The notes under the pieces: generated by a model
The model's input: the letters and a program-made list of their open reading frames with translations, nothing else
What the model was told of the DNA's origin: nothing
Database searches by the model: none
Shown: positions 27,802 to 38,454 of the stretch, in pieces
How the letters are laid out: each line of letters opens with the position of its first letter
Position numbering within the stretch: position 1 is the first letter of the stretch
Position numbers and translations under genes: made by a program
Virus record (IMG/VR): IMGVR_UViG_3300032285_004073
Span: 112,808 to 176,807 of that record
Source: a virus
Strand: one strand, 5' to 3'
Length of the DNA stretch: 64,000 bases

Positions 27802-29568
27802 ATGGCTTACACAAGAATTCCAAGTTTACCAGGTAATATTACAGTCGACGATGTCAATGATCTTTTAGCCATTGAACAGGATATTACTAGAAAAATTACA
27901 CCATTAACTCTAGTAACTTCCACCGTTCAACAATTATCAACCACAACCGTATTACAGAATACAGACTTATTACCTGTATCACAAGGCGCCTTTAATAACA
28001 TAACCAACAACGTATCCATAGACACGTTAATTAAATATATAGAACAAAATGTTCAATCTATTCAAGATTGTTTTTATGTCGGAACTTACGGAGTAGATGA
28101 AGATAATGATTTAGCCGGAAGAGGTCGTAACGAAGAAGCTCCGTTCTTAACCATTAAAAAAGCCGTTGCAAGAGTTGCTCAATTAAGAGCACAGGGTGAT
28201 AATTCACCTTATACTATATTTGTAAAATCAGGAACTTATGTAGAACAAAATCCTATTTATCTCCCAGCTTATACATCCATCATTGGTGATGGTTTGAGAA
28301 GAGTCAGTATTAGACCAGCAAATCCTACATTAGATATTTTTTGGGTTAATAATGCTTGTTATATTTGGGGAGTAACATTTAGAGGTCATATGAGCCCTTC
28401 AGCTGCAGTAGCATTCCCCATTTCACAAGATGCATTAAACAATGTAGCGCCATATAATACTGATCCCTCACCTTATACATTAGCGTTTAATAACGCATAT
28501 AATTATCAAGACCCGACACATGTAAACAATTATGTAATAGATGCTTCTTTGTATCAACGTAATCCTATTATAACAGTTAGTCCTTACACTCAAGGTTGCA
28601 CCTCTTATGCAGAACAGTCTTATACAAGAGGAGTAGGAAATAATGATGCCGGGTGTGGAATGAGAATAGACGGAGCCTTGGTAAATGGTCCTCTTCCGGA
28701 TGGTGCAGGTATAAGAAGTATGGTTATTGATTCCTTTACTCAGGTTAATCAAGGAGGTAAAGGTATACATCTCCTCAATCATGGTTATGCTCAATTTGTT
28801 AGTACCTTTACAGTTTGTACAACAGAAGGAATTTTAGCAGAAAGTGGTGCAACTTGTTCTATCAGTACTTCTAATTGCACTTTTGGATTGTCTGGTCTAG
28901 TAGCTAGAGGAATGTCCAAAACACCAATATTATCTGGTATTTTTGCAGGAGGCGGATCAGGTGTTAATTCTTTCTCTATAACCAATGTAGGACCGGTTCC
29001 TATTAACAACAATCAGATCATAGCACAATTACCTTATCCCGGATTAGCTTTCACTGTAGGAGATAACTCCATAATACCGTCTTCTGGTGCAGGGTATTCT
29101 GGTATAAGTGAACAAACAATAAGTCCTATTAGTAAGACTAATAGATTATTAAATTTCTTTATTAATAATCCAGTAGTTAAAACTGGTAATAATACTTATA
29201 GAATAGATTTGGATAATAATATAGGTGCAAATCTAGGAGCTTATGTAGGCCAAACTGTAAGATTCTATGCAAGAAGTGCTATAGCAACCGGATCTCACAC
29301 CTTTGAATATATGGGTTGTGGTACCAATATATTAAGTGCTCTTCCTTCTCATGGTGGACAAGTAAATAATTCCAATGAAGTAGTGTATGATGGTTTATAC
29401 GACACTAATGCCCCTGGTATAGTTTACTATACAAGTTCTAATGAAAAGGGTAATTTTAAAGTAGGTCCCAATTTTACTATTGTACAAAGTACTGGTACTA
29501 TTGAAGGAGATACATTTAAAAGATCTATTTTAACTTTAGTTACTCCATTAACGATAGCTTTGGAATAA
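27802..29568 (+). CDS. Virion structural protein with pectin-lyase-like beta-helix
   Basis: G.D.N....G.....PF.TIK.A, I.V.SG.Y.E.NPI.LP...SI.GD.LR.V.I.P, SPY.Q.CT, G.GMRIDG motifs. Confidence 0.7.
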   Translation: MAYTRIPSLPGNITVDDVNDLLAIEQDITRKITPLTLVTSTVQQLSTTTVLQNTDLLPVSQGAFNNITNNVSIDTLIKYIEQNVQSIQDCFYVGTYGVDEDNDLAGRGRNEEAPFLTIKKAVARVAQLRAQGDNSPYTIFVKSGTYVEQNPIYLPAYTSIIGDGLRRVSIRPANPTLDIFWVNNACYIWGVTFRGHMSPSAAVAFPISQDALNNVAPYNTDPSPYTLAFNNAYNYQDPTHVNNYVIDASLYQRNPIITVSPYTQGCTSYAEQSYTRGVGNNDAGCGMRIDGALVNGPLPDGAGIRSMVIDSFTQVNQGGKGIHLLNHGYAQFVSTFTVCTTEGILAESGATCSISTSNCTFGLSGLVARGMSKTPILSGIFAGGGSGVNSFSITNVGPVPINNNQIIAQLPYPGLAFTVGDNSIIPSSGAGYSGISEQTISPISKTNRLLNFFINNPVVKTGNNTYRIDLDNNIGANLGAYVGQTVRFYARSAIATGSHTFEYMGCGTNILSALPSHGGQVNNSNEVVYDGLYDTNAPGIVYYTSSNEKGNFKVGPNFTIVQSTGTIEGDTFKRSILTLVTPLTIALE

Positions 29569-29583
29569 TTATATATAACTATT

Positions 29584-29937
29584 ATGGCAAACTACCCACT
29601 TAATTATTTCTTAAGAAAATCTCAAGCTGTAACAACAATTCCTACAATTGTTTATACAGTACCATTTGAAAGAGCTGGTATTCTCATTACAGCTTTAGCT
29701 AGTAATTTAACAAATACAACCCAGACAGTAAATGTATCATTATCGACTACTTCAGTAGCTGGTAGTAATTTCGATATTCTTAAGAATTTTCAATTACCTC
29801 CTAATGATACAACCAATGTAGTAATTAATAAATTAGTCTTAGGAGAATACGATAATTTTATTATATCAGCACCCAATGCTCCCTTGGGATCTGTTAATAT
29901 TACTCTTTCAGTATTAGAATCGGTTAATACCCGATAA
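29584..29937 (+). CDS. Small virion structural protein
   Basis: VYT.P.....I...L.SN...T..V.V; P.ND......KLVL...D; I.LS.LE pattern typical of small T4-like tail-associated proteins. Confidence 0.6.
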   Translation: MANYPLNYFLRKSQAVTTIPTIVYTVPFERAGILITALASNLTNTTQTVNVSLSTTSVAGSNFDILKNFQLPPNDTTNVVINKLVLGEYDNFIISAPNAPLGSVNITLSVLESVNTR

Positions 29938-29945
29938 CATTAATC

Positions 29946-32900
29946 ATGCAGTCCTACCACCAGACAGTAGCAAATGAAATTCCTTTAAAGAGTTTGGCGT
30001 CCGTTACAAGTCGCCATATTCCTTATTTGTTTAATTTCATATCTTTAGATTTTGCAGAACCTAGTTTGGGGTTACCTACAGGATCATCTACTCAAAAATC
30101 TAATACCAATTATTATTTTCCAGTCATTACCATTCATCCCACTTATAGTGGTTCTAGAGCATTTACAGGAGCCAATTCTTTATATGTAAATAATACCACT
30201 TTATATGTAGGTACTAATATTGTAGCTGGTCCTGGTAATATTACCAATAACACATCTTCTAGTATTGTAGGTGGGTCTAGTAATGCAACAGTTGCTTGTA
30301 ATTCATTCATAGGTGGAGGCTCCGGTAATTCTGCCATTGGTGCCTATTCAAATGTAGTAGGTGGTATAAGCAATAGTGCTAAGGGTCTTTATTCTTCAAT
30401 TCTTGGTGGTAATTTAAATAATGCAGATAATAATGCTTCTGTAATTGCCGGTGGAACCGGTAATATAGCTTGTGGTTACGCTTCTGCAACATTAGGAGGC
30501 AAATACAATTGTGTTACTGGAGATTATTCTTCTGCTATAGGAGCATGTAATACTGTTTCAGGAGATTACTCGACCGTAACAGGTCTGGGCAATAATACAA
30601 AAGGTGATTATACTGCTATAATAGGTGGTAGTAATAATATCATTTGTCAAAGTAAGGCTGGAGATTATGGCGGATCTGTTATAATTGGAGGAAGTACTAG
30701 TTGTATTATTAATAACTCTTTCAATACAATTGCTGGAGGAGAAGGTCATTGTCTACATAATACATCACACGCCTTTGTAGGTGGTGGTATAGGCAATAAT
30801 ATTGAAGGATACTTTTGTCAAAATACTCCGTACCTGGATAGTGCCACTATAGTCGGCGGCTATGTCAATTATATTGGTTGTCATGGATGTAATGCATTCA
30901 TTGGTGGTGGTAGTTTCAATTCAGCATGTTGTGGGGCTTCTAGTGTTGTAGGTGGATGTTATAATAAAGCTGTCGGATGTCAATCCACGGTATCTGGTGG
31001 ATATTCCAATTCTGCCTGTGGTGAGAGTTCTTTTGTAGGTGCAGGTTTTAATAATTGTGCTAATGGACGATTTTCTTTTGTAGGTGCAGGGTTTGGTAAT
31101 CGTGCTGACGGAAATTATTCAGTAGTAGTAGGGGGAGGTAGTGATTTTTGTGAATCAAATACGGCTTCTAGTGATTACTCTTTTATCGGTGCTGGAAGCT
31201 GTAACTGTATTGAATTGTGCGCCTTTGGTTCTGTCATAGTGGGCGGACAAAGCAATTGTATTGCAGGAGCATGTTTACATCAAAGCGCTTTTAATTCTGT
31301 TATAGTAGGTGGCGTTAATAATAGTATCTCCGAAACTGGATGCGGTTCTTTTATAGGCGGTGGTAGTAGCAATAACGTTTCTGGAAGATATTCTGTTATA
31401 GTAGGTGGTGGATTAGATCCTAATACAGTTTCTGGAAACTATTCTTTTATTGGGTCTGGTGGCAATCATTGTTTATGTGGAGACAGTTCATTTATAGGTG
31501 CTGGCGGAGAAAATAAAATAGGTCGATTCTATAATTCTGCTATATTATCAGGAGCAACAAATACTCTTAGTGGTGATGAATCCGCAATTATATCTGGTTT
31601 ATGCAATATTATTTGTAATAATACAGAAGCTTCTATTATAGGTGCAGGTCAATGTAATCACTTAAACGGTTATAGTTCTTTCTTAGGTGCCGGTACGGAA
31701 AATAAAATTTGTGCAGCTGATGCTTCATCTATAGTATCCGGTTGTTCTAATACTATAAAACATTGCCAAAATGGTTGTAGTGTCACAGGTTCTTTTATAG
31801 GTGGCGGTAGTACCAATTATATAAAAAATGATTATTCAGCTATAGTTGGTGGTTACTTAAATACAAACTCTGGCAAATATTCTATTGTAGGAGCAGGTTC
31901 TGGTAATAAAATCTCCAGTAATTTATCATTTATAGCAGGTGGTCAATGCAATGATACAAAGACCTTTGATAATACCTTTATTTTAGGTTCCAAATTAAGT
32001 GCTTCTAAAATTGATTTTACCTATGTTAATAATATCTCTTCTCAGGGTGATGTAAGAGCTAACTATATTAGTTCCAATAGTAGTAATATAACATCTCTTA
32101 CATCTACCAATATAGTTACTAGCAATATTAAAGCACTAGGCATTCTGACAGTCTCGGGAAATGCTATTTTTGGTAATGATGTATCGATAAACAATAATCT
32201 TACAGTATATGGATTAATTTGTGCTGTAAGTGGTATTAAATTTAATACAACCTATGTATCTGCTACAACTGCTTTAAGTGTTATTAATACAGGTATAGGG
32301 CCAGCGTTTTATGTAAGTCAAACAGGTACTTATGATATAGCGCAATTTGTATCTACTCAGGGTTATGAAGTATTGCACGTAGGCAACTCTCCGGTTCTTC
32401 CTTCTAATGGTACAAATGGATATGTTGGTATTAACACTAAGACACCTAATGCAGAACTTACTGTTAATGGTTCTATATCTTCTAATAATTCAATATATAT
32501 TAAGAATTCTGTATATGCAGATAAGATCTATACCCAGACTTTATCAGCTGCCAGTACTATCATAACAAATGATTTATCATCTAATAATAGCGTATATTCT
32601 ATTATATATAAAACACCTCGTGGTAACAGTGATCAATGGCAATCCGTTTATGATAACCAAACCAACATTCTCACCTTAACAGGTAATTGGCAATCAACAT
32701 ATCAAACCGTATGTGCTTTAAGTGCTAGATGGGAATCTGTATATCAAACGGTTTGTGCTTTAAGTGCTGGGTGGCAAACTTTCTATCAAAATTCTAGTTC
32801 GTTTGCAACTACATCTTTTGTACAAAATAATTTCTTACCATTATCCGGTGGCACCATGATTGGTGATATTAGTTCTGTTAATGTTATTAAGGCTAGAGGT

Positions 32901-33386
32901 TTCTGGGCTAACAATACCTATAATAGTTTAAGTGGTAGTGGTGTTATTATTGACTATCTCCAAGGTTCACCAGGCGTAGGACGCATTAGTGTAAATAATG
33001 ATACCGGTTCCGATTCCCTAGCGTTTTACAGCAAAGGTGTAATCAATAATACACCCACATTATATCTTTCATCAAATAATTTTGTTGGTATTAATACACC
33101 CATACCAAACCAACACTTAACCGTCAATGGAAACATCAGTGCCACTGGTATCATATTTGGAGCAGGCACTTTATACAAAGCTGTAACTTCTATAGGTAAC
33201 GGTACATTACGCACTTTTAATTTTAATCACAACTTAAATACAAGAGACATTGTCACACAGGTTTATGATAATATCACCTATGCAGTGGTATATCCTACCA
33301 TAGTGAATACCGGTCTGAATTCTGTAAGTATTACATTCAACACAGCACCAGCCTTAACGGCTTATAGAGTAGTAGTACAAGGATAA
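29946..33386 (+). CDS. Cys-rich tail fibre/adhesin with S.I.GG..N beta-roll repeats
   Basis: More than 25 S/A-x-I/V-x-G-G-x-x-N repeats; VGINT.TP...LTV.G motifs; C-terminal HNLNT.D..V.VYD domain. Confidence 0.75.
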   Translation: MQSYHQTVANEIPLKSLASVTSRHIPYLFNFISLDFAEPSLGLPTGSSTQKSNTNYYFPVITIHPTYSGSRAFTGANSLYVNNTTLYVGTNIVAGPGNITNNTSSSIVGGSSNATVACNSFIGGGSGNSAIGAYSNVVGGISNSAKGLYSSILGGNLNNADNNASVIAGGTGNIACGYASATLGGKYNCVTGDYSSAIGACNTVSGDYSTVTGLGNNTKGDYTAIIGGSNNIICQSKAGDYGGSVIIGGSTSCIINNSFNTIAGGEGHCLHNTSHAFVGGGIGNNIEGYFCQNTPYLDSATIVGGYVNYIGCHGCNAFIGGGSFNSACCGASSVVGGCYNKAVGCQSTVSGGYSNSACGESSFVGAGFNNCANGRFSFVGAGFGNRADGNYSVVVGGGSDFCESNTASSDYSFIGAGSCNCIELCAFGSVIVGGQSNCIAGACLHQSAFNSVIVGGVNNSISETGCGSFIGGGSSNNVSGRYSVIVGGGLDPNTVSGNYSFIGSGGNHCLCGDSSFIGAGGENKIGRFYNSAILSGATNTLSGDESAIISGLCNIICNNTEASIIGAGQCNHLNGYSSFLGAGTENKICAADASSIVSGCSNTIKHCQNGCSVTGSFIGGGSTNYIKNDYSAIVGGYLNTNSGKYSIVGAGSGNKISSNLSFIAGGQCNDTKTFDNTFILGSKLSASKIDFTYVNNISSQGDVRANYISSNSSNITSLTSTNIVTSNIKALGILTVSGNAIFGNDVSINNNLTVYGLICAVSGIKFNTTYVSATTALSVINTGIGPAFYVSQTGTYDIAQFVSTQGYEVLHVGNSPVLPSNGTNGYVGINTKTPNAELTVNGSISSNNSIYIKNSVYADKIYTQTLSAASTIITNDLSSNNSVYSIIYKTPRGNSDQWQSVYDNQTNILTLTGNWQSTYQTVCALSARWESVYQTVCALSAGWQTFYQNSSSFATTSFVQNNFLPLSGGTMIGDISSVNVIKARGFWANNTYNSLSGSGVIIDYLQGSPGVGRISVNNDTGSDSLAFYSKGVINNTPTLYLSSNNFVGINTPIPNQHLTVNGNISATGIIFGAGTLYKAVTSIGNGTLRTFNFNHNLNTRDIVTQVYDNITYAVVYPTIVNTGLNSVSITFNTAPALTAYRVVVQG

Positions 33387-33397
33387 TTTAAATATAT

Positions 33398-35203
33398 ATG
33401 GCTATTAATTTTTTAGATAACGTTTGCGTAAACACAACATTAAGTGCAACTTCAATTTGTTCTTCAAATTTCTGTGGAACAACTTTTTGCGGAACAAATT
33501 TCTACGGTAATGGTTGTGGGTTAACTAACTTAAATGTACCACCTACAACGGCAATATATATTCCGGGCACTGGATTAGGATCAATTAAACCTTTATCCGG
33601 ATCTAATACATCATCAGGGTTTTATTCCATTGTATTAGGAGGTGTCAATAATTCATCTTTAAGTTCTTTTAATGCTATAGGTAATGGATGTTACAATTAC
33701 ACGGAAGGTCGTTATTCCTTGGTAGGAAATGGTTCTTCTAATTGTATTACGCAAAACAATCTTATCTTGATAGGCTCAACTATATTAAACGGATTTGACA
33801 ATTCTATTAATAATAGCACTGGAGGCAATAATAGCATTAATAACACTATTATTGCAGGTTCCAATAACCTTATAGATACTTCTTGCTTCTCTTCCTCTAT
33901 AAATGGTTGTGGACAAAAAATAGGTGCTTATGGATGTTATGCCACTCTTATTAATGGATGTTTAAATAATATAGGAACTGATAAACATTCAACTATAGCT
34001 AACGGATGTTGTAATCAAACTTTAAACGGAAATAACAATTTCATAGGAGCTGGTGTTTGTAATTTGATGAACGGAGCACAATGCTCGACTATATTAAATG
34101 GTTTGAGAAATTGTGTAGGTACCACTTATCTATCTTTAGCAAATGGATTTATTGCCGGAGGTTGTTATAACACTATATGTAGTGGAACTTGCAATTCTTA
34201 CATTTTAGGATGTAATATTACTGCAGGAACCTCTAATACCACCTTCGTAAATAATCTTAGCTCCGGTGGATCAATTTGTAGTACAACATTATATGTCAAT
34301 GGTACACAAATAAATCCAGTTTCTCCGTATGCTTTTAGTAATACCGGAACTAATAACATTGTTACAGCTTGTACTACTCAAAATAATTGTTTTTCACAAG
34401 ATGCTCAATTAAACATCTGTAATTCAGTTATAGGTAGTGGATATAATAATACTATTGCTACTCGTAATCCTAATAATAGTATTAACTCCATGTGTAACTC
34501 CGTTATCAACGGAGGAAGTAATAATTGCATTTCTGCTTATCAAAGCTCCATGCTCAATAATGTTATTGGTGGTGGTGACAATAACAAAATATATAATTCT
34601 AATTATGCATTTATAGCAAATGGAAATTACAATTCTGTAACAGCCAATAACGTTTTTGTCTTAGGTTCTGGATTAAGTGCCAATCAATCTAATTTCACTT
34701 ATGTTAATAATTTAAGTTCTCAGGGCGTTATAACGACCCCCACTATAAGTGCTACTAATACATTTTTAACTAATATAACTTCAACAAATATTGTTGCTAA
34801 TAATATAACAGCCAATAGTAATTTATATGTTAATGGTAATATTACTACCTCAGGTAATATATTTGGTCTTAATCCGTCACCTTTTACTCCTATATCAGGA
34901 AATACCTATAGTCTTCAATTGTCAGACAATTCTTCTACATTCGGTGCTCTCAATGCCGGAGGGTTGATATTATCAATTTTAGGTAATATTAGTTACCCAA
35001 CAGGATATCAAATTAGTATGATTCAATTAGGTGGTATGACTGCACAGGTTTATGTCTCTGGAGGTTATGTCTCTGGAGTTGGAAGTATAAATGTTAATTC
35101 TTCTAATGGATATCTTAAGACAAGCTCTCAATATTCAGCTGCTAGTTTAATTTATACAGGTGCTACTGCAGGTTGGGTATTATACGGCGATCTCTCTAAT
35201 TAA
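33398..35203 (+). CDS. Cys-rich tail fibre paralog
   Basis: Same repeats and the shared ILGS.L.A....T.VNNLSS module; C-terminal QYSAASLIY domain. Confidence 0.7.
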   Translation: MAINFLDNVCVNTTLSATSICSSNFCGTTFCGTNFYGNGCGLTNLNVPPTTAIYIPGTGLGSIKPLSGSNTSSGFYSIVLGGVNNSSLSSFNAIGNGCYNYTEGRYSLVGNGSSNCITQNNLILIGSTILNGFDNSINNSTGGNNSINNTIIAGSNNLIDTSCFSSSINGCGQKIGAYGCYATLINGCLNNIGTDKHSTIANGCCNQTLNGNNNFIGAGVCNLMNGAQCSTILNGLRNCVGTTYLSLANGFIAGGCYNTICSGTCNSYILGCNITAGTSNTTFVNNLSSGGSICSTTLYVNGTQINPVSPYAFSNTGTNNIVTACTTQNNCFSQDAQLNICNSVIGSGYNNTIATRNPNNSINSMCNSVINGGSNNCISAYQSSMLNNVIGGGDNNKIYNSNYAFIANGNYNSVTANNVFVLGSGLSANQSNFTYVNNLSSQGVITTPTISATNTFLTNITSTNIVANNITANSNLYVNGNITTSGNIFGLNPSPFTPISGNTYSLQLSDNSSTFGALNAGGLILSILGNISYPTGYQISMIQLGGMTAQVYVSGGYVSGVGSINVNSSNGYLKTSSQYSAASLIYTGATAGWVLYGDLSN

Positions 35204-35204
35204 T

Positions 35205-37553
35205 ATGATTGCTAATACTATAGGAACTCTTAGTAAATTAAATAGACAGGTAAAAAATACAGTTCCTACAATAGATGTATATTCTGGTACATTTTACCAA
35301 GTTCCTTTTGAACGAGCCACTTTTGATATATCCCTAACTAATTTAATTGATGATATACAATTAACATATTTTAAATCAGCAGATTATGGCAGCACTGGGG
35401 TTAATTACATATTATATTCCCCAGATTTAAAATATGTTTATTTAATAAACAACACCCACGTCATTCAAGCCGATAATTCTAACAATAAGGGACCTTTAGC
35501 TTCGGTATATGGCGACTCGGTAAAATTTAAAGTAATTAAATCCTGGAATATTGTCGGTGAAGCAATAGGATCTCATTGTCAGTATGGTGGTACGGCTTGT
35601 ATAACCTCTGATGGGCGTTACTTATACGTTCCAACTTACAACCCGTCATCAGCCCCAGGGTCCCGAGCAGGTATTAATATAATAGATACCGTAACTAATA
35701 CTCAAAATTCTCTTGCACAAGGTTATAGAAATTTTTCTACTTTCTTGTCTAAAGACGAAAAATTCTTATTTGTATCTGACCAAGGACTAAATGGTCTTTA
35801 TGCATTTGACATTTCAACAGATAAGATGAATCCTAGGTATTTAACTGGAGGATCCTTATATGATCCCAATATTACTAATAATAATACTAATAGTGGTATT
35901 ATATCCCCTGATAATAAAAATATTTACGTTTCAAGTAATACTCTAGGTGTATTCAAGGTTCCTTTATCTACGTATAATAATAGTGTAGAATTTAAACAAC
36001 CAATTATTAGGTACACGGCCGTGAATGGAGACAATATTAGCAATGGTAATCCAGAGGGATTGAGTATTTCACCAGATGGCAATATATTATATATACCGAA
36101 TTATTCCGTTACTAATGACTCTAAAAAACACTTAGTTCACGTTTTTAATTTATCCTCTAATACAATAACAGGATATTATAGTTCTAGTGACATCCCCACC
36201 AGTCAACAAAAGCCAAGAAACAGTTTTTTAGATCCTACATATACTTATTATTATGATTATAGTTTTCCGTTAACAAATAGCCCGTACGTACTAGTTAGGC
36301 CAATTTCTGATTTTGGTAACGTAAGGGCTGTTCCAGTGTGTTTTGATGGTGCAGGAACAAACTACACACGAACTATAGGAATACCTCCTATAGTCCCTGC
36401 ATCAGCTACTAATTTAAATTTAACCTATAACCGTTCTACAAAATCTCTCACAGCAACCTGGGTTGGATCACCCTATAGTGGCTTTACAGCACCATATAAC
36501 TATTCTCAAACAGCACAATATACTTTAAATTTAACTTCTCCTATACAAACATTAACAACCACAACAACAGCAACAACAGCATTTTTTTCTAATGTTTCTT
36601 CAGACAATGTTTTTAAGGCTTCTCTTTTTTCTTTTAATTCTGTAGGAAAATCATCTAACTATTATCAATTTTTTAGTACAGCATCTTATACTATTACAGC
36701 TTTTGTGCTTGGTGGCGGTGGTAGTGGTGGTGATCAACCATCTTCTGCTAATAGTGGTGGTGGTGGTGGTGGTGCAGCTGTTGCTGCAACTGCATTCCTT
36801 ACTAGTGGCCTTACCTATAATGTTACAGTAGGTAAAGGGGGTGTAGCCGGAGCTTCTTATGGGGGAGTAGAAGACGGTGGATACAGTGCTTTCTCAAATT
36901 TCTATTATTTATCAGCTGATGGAGGTGGAGCCGGGGGATCCAATACTACACCAGCCCATAGTAAAGGGACTGGAGGAGGTGCTGCTGGTACCTATGAAGA
37001 TGGAACCTCTAATCCTGGGGGCTATGGTATAGCGCCGTTTGGAAGTAACGGAGGAAGTAGCACTATTCATTCTGCTGGTGGTGGTGGTAGTGCTCAAAAC
37101 GCTACAGGAGGTATACAATATAATGCAAATGGTGGAGACGGTACGGCATATGTCGGCGGACAAGGTGCCCACGGTAATAATGCATTTTTGATAGATGCTC
37201 TAAGAGGAGGAACTAAACTTCTTGACCTCGGGCAAGATTTTTATGGAGGTGGAGGTGGAGGTGGAGATTATAATCCACTTAATTCCGGTTATGGAGCCTG
37301 GGGAGGTAATGGAGGCGGGGGTTCCGGTGGATATGGTATATATAATTTAGGATCTTCAGCTGGAGTCAACGGTAAAGGTGGAGGTGGAGGTGCCGGTCAC
37401 AATGGTGGACATGGCGTCGTAAAACTCTTTATACCGACCAAATATTATTCTGGTAAGACTACAGGATCACCAACAGTTACAACCACAACATTTAGTTCAG
37501 ACCCTATTATAGTTTTAACCTATAACTATCCAGGTGGAACTTACACTGCTTAA
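35205..37553 (+). CDS. Virion protein: YVTN-like beta-propeller, FN3-like linker, glycine-rich C-terminal domain
   Basis: I.SDG.YLYV, LS.D.KFL.V, ISPDGN.LY repeats; VLGGGGSGG...GGGGG domain; ATG 35205 directly follows the upstream stop. Confidence 0.7.
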   Translation: MIANTIGTLSKLNRQVKNTVPTIDVYSGTFYQVPFERATFDISLTNLIDDIQLTYFKSADYGSTGVNYILYSPDLKYVYLINNTHVIQADNSNNKGPLASVYGDSVKFKVIKSWNIVGEAIGSHCQYGGTACITSDGRYLYVPTYNPSSAPGSRAGINIIDTVTNTQNSLAQGYRNFSTFLSKDEKFLFVSDQGLNGLYAFDISTDKMNPRYLTGGSLYDPNITNNNTNSGIISPDNKNIYVSSNTLGVFKVPLSTYNNSVEFKQPIIRYTAVNGDNISNGNPEGLSISPDGNILYIPNYSVTNDSKKHLVHVFNLSSNTITGYYSSSDIPTSQQKPRNSFLDPTYTYYYDYSFPLTNSPYVLVRPISDFGNVRAVPVCFDGAGTNYTRTIGIPPIVPASATNLNLTYNRSTKSLTATWVGSPYSGFTAPYNYSQTAQYTLNLTSPIQTLTTTTTATTAFFSNVSSDNVFKASLFSFNSVGKSSNYYQFFSTASYTITAFVLGGGGSGGDQPSSANSGGGGGGAAVAATAFLTSGLTYNVTVGKGGVAGASYGGVEDGGYSAFSNFYYLSADGGGAGGSNTTPAHSKGTGGGAAGTYEDGTSNPGGYGIAPFGSNGGSSTIHSAGGGGSAQNATGGIQYNANGGDGTAYVGGQGAHGNNAFLIDALRGGTKLLDLGQDFYGGGGGGGDYNPLNSGYGAWGGNGGGGSGGYGIYNLGSSAGVNGKGGGGGAGHNGGHGVVKLFIPTKYYSGKTTGSPTVTTTTFSSDPIIVLTYNYPGGTYTA

Positions 37554-37558
37554 TAAGT

Positions 37559-38017
37559 TTATGGTCTGACCATAGAAAGCAAATAACTACCCTTGTTAAG
37601 GATGGTTAAAATATCTTCCTTAGTATTATTAAGACCTGAACATACTGTATTTACAAAAGTATTAAATTCCACAGAGGACAGTATATTCTTAAGTTGTGTA
37701 CTAATATCATTATAAGAATTAATAGTAGTAGCCGGGTCTACATTATATTGTGACAAATCTTGAGTATCTATTTGTAAATTGAAGGATGGGAATATTGCAT
37801 TATAAGATTTAGTTGTTCCTATAATCTCTTCCTGAAGCTTGTCAAAGGATTCGTCTAGACTTTCATATACTTCTCCTAATATTTCATGTACATTAATATC
37901 TTCTGCATACCAATGGAGTAGATGAATATGAGTTTGGACAGACTTTAAAATTAAACCAAATACCCTCGTAGAGTCTAAAGAGTCTGGCGTTGTTATTTTG
38001 ACAATTTCTATTTCCAT
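37559..38017 (-). CDS. Ferritin/Dps-like four-helix-bundle protein (DUF5856-like)
   Basis: HIHLLHW...HEILGEVYESLDESFDKLQEEIIG matches the Dps-like H..HW...H..L...Y......D...E pattern. Confidence 0.7.
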   Translation of the reverse strand: MEIEIVKITTPDSLDSTRVFGLILKSVQTHIHLLHWYAEDINVHEILGEVYESLDESFDKLQEEIIGTTKSYNAIFPSFNLQIDTQDLSQYNVDPATTINSYNDISTQLKNILSSVEFNTFVNTVCSGLNNTKEDILTILNKGSYLLSMVRP

Positions 38018-38021
38018 AATT

Positions 38022-38450
38022 TTATTTTTTTCTAAATATTTCTACCTTTATAAGAAAATCTCCTGTAGTAGTCTCACTAGTACTTACAAGATCATACTCA
38101 AAAGGTATATCAGATTCTATATAGGTTTGTTGTGGACCCTGAAGTGAAGGAGGTATTTCTGGTTTAATAGCAGATAATGATAACCCATCTACAACTACTT
38201 CATATCCATTGTCCTTATAATCCTTAGCCATAGACTCTAATAAGGTTTCTTGATTTTTAAAAAATAATCTCCATACCGGAATGGGTAATAAAGTATTAAG
38301 AGCTGTTATTCTTATAGAACACATTTCACACGGTTTATCTTGTCCAGTTATGGCATGTGTTAACCATCCAATAGCTTTAGAATGCAATAAACAAGCTATC
38401 ACATCACCTAAACCTTTGGCATATCTTAATTTTAAATTTGGTGTTTTCAT
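38022..38450 (-). CDS. Hypothetical protein with GLGD...CxxC..R...LN motif
   Basis: KGLGDVIA...KPCEMCSIRITALN; the ATG at 38450 avoids a long overlap with the upstream gene. Confidence 0.6.
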   Translation of the reverse strand: MKTPNLKLRYAKGLGDVIACLLHSKAIGWLTHAITGQDKPCEMCSIRITALNTLLPIPVWRLFFKNQETLLESMAKDYKDNGYEVVVDGLSLSAIKPEIPPSLQGPQQTYIESDIPFEYDLVSTSETTTGDFLIKVEIFRKK

Positions 38451-38454
38451 AATA

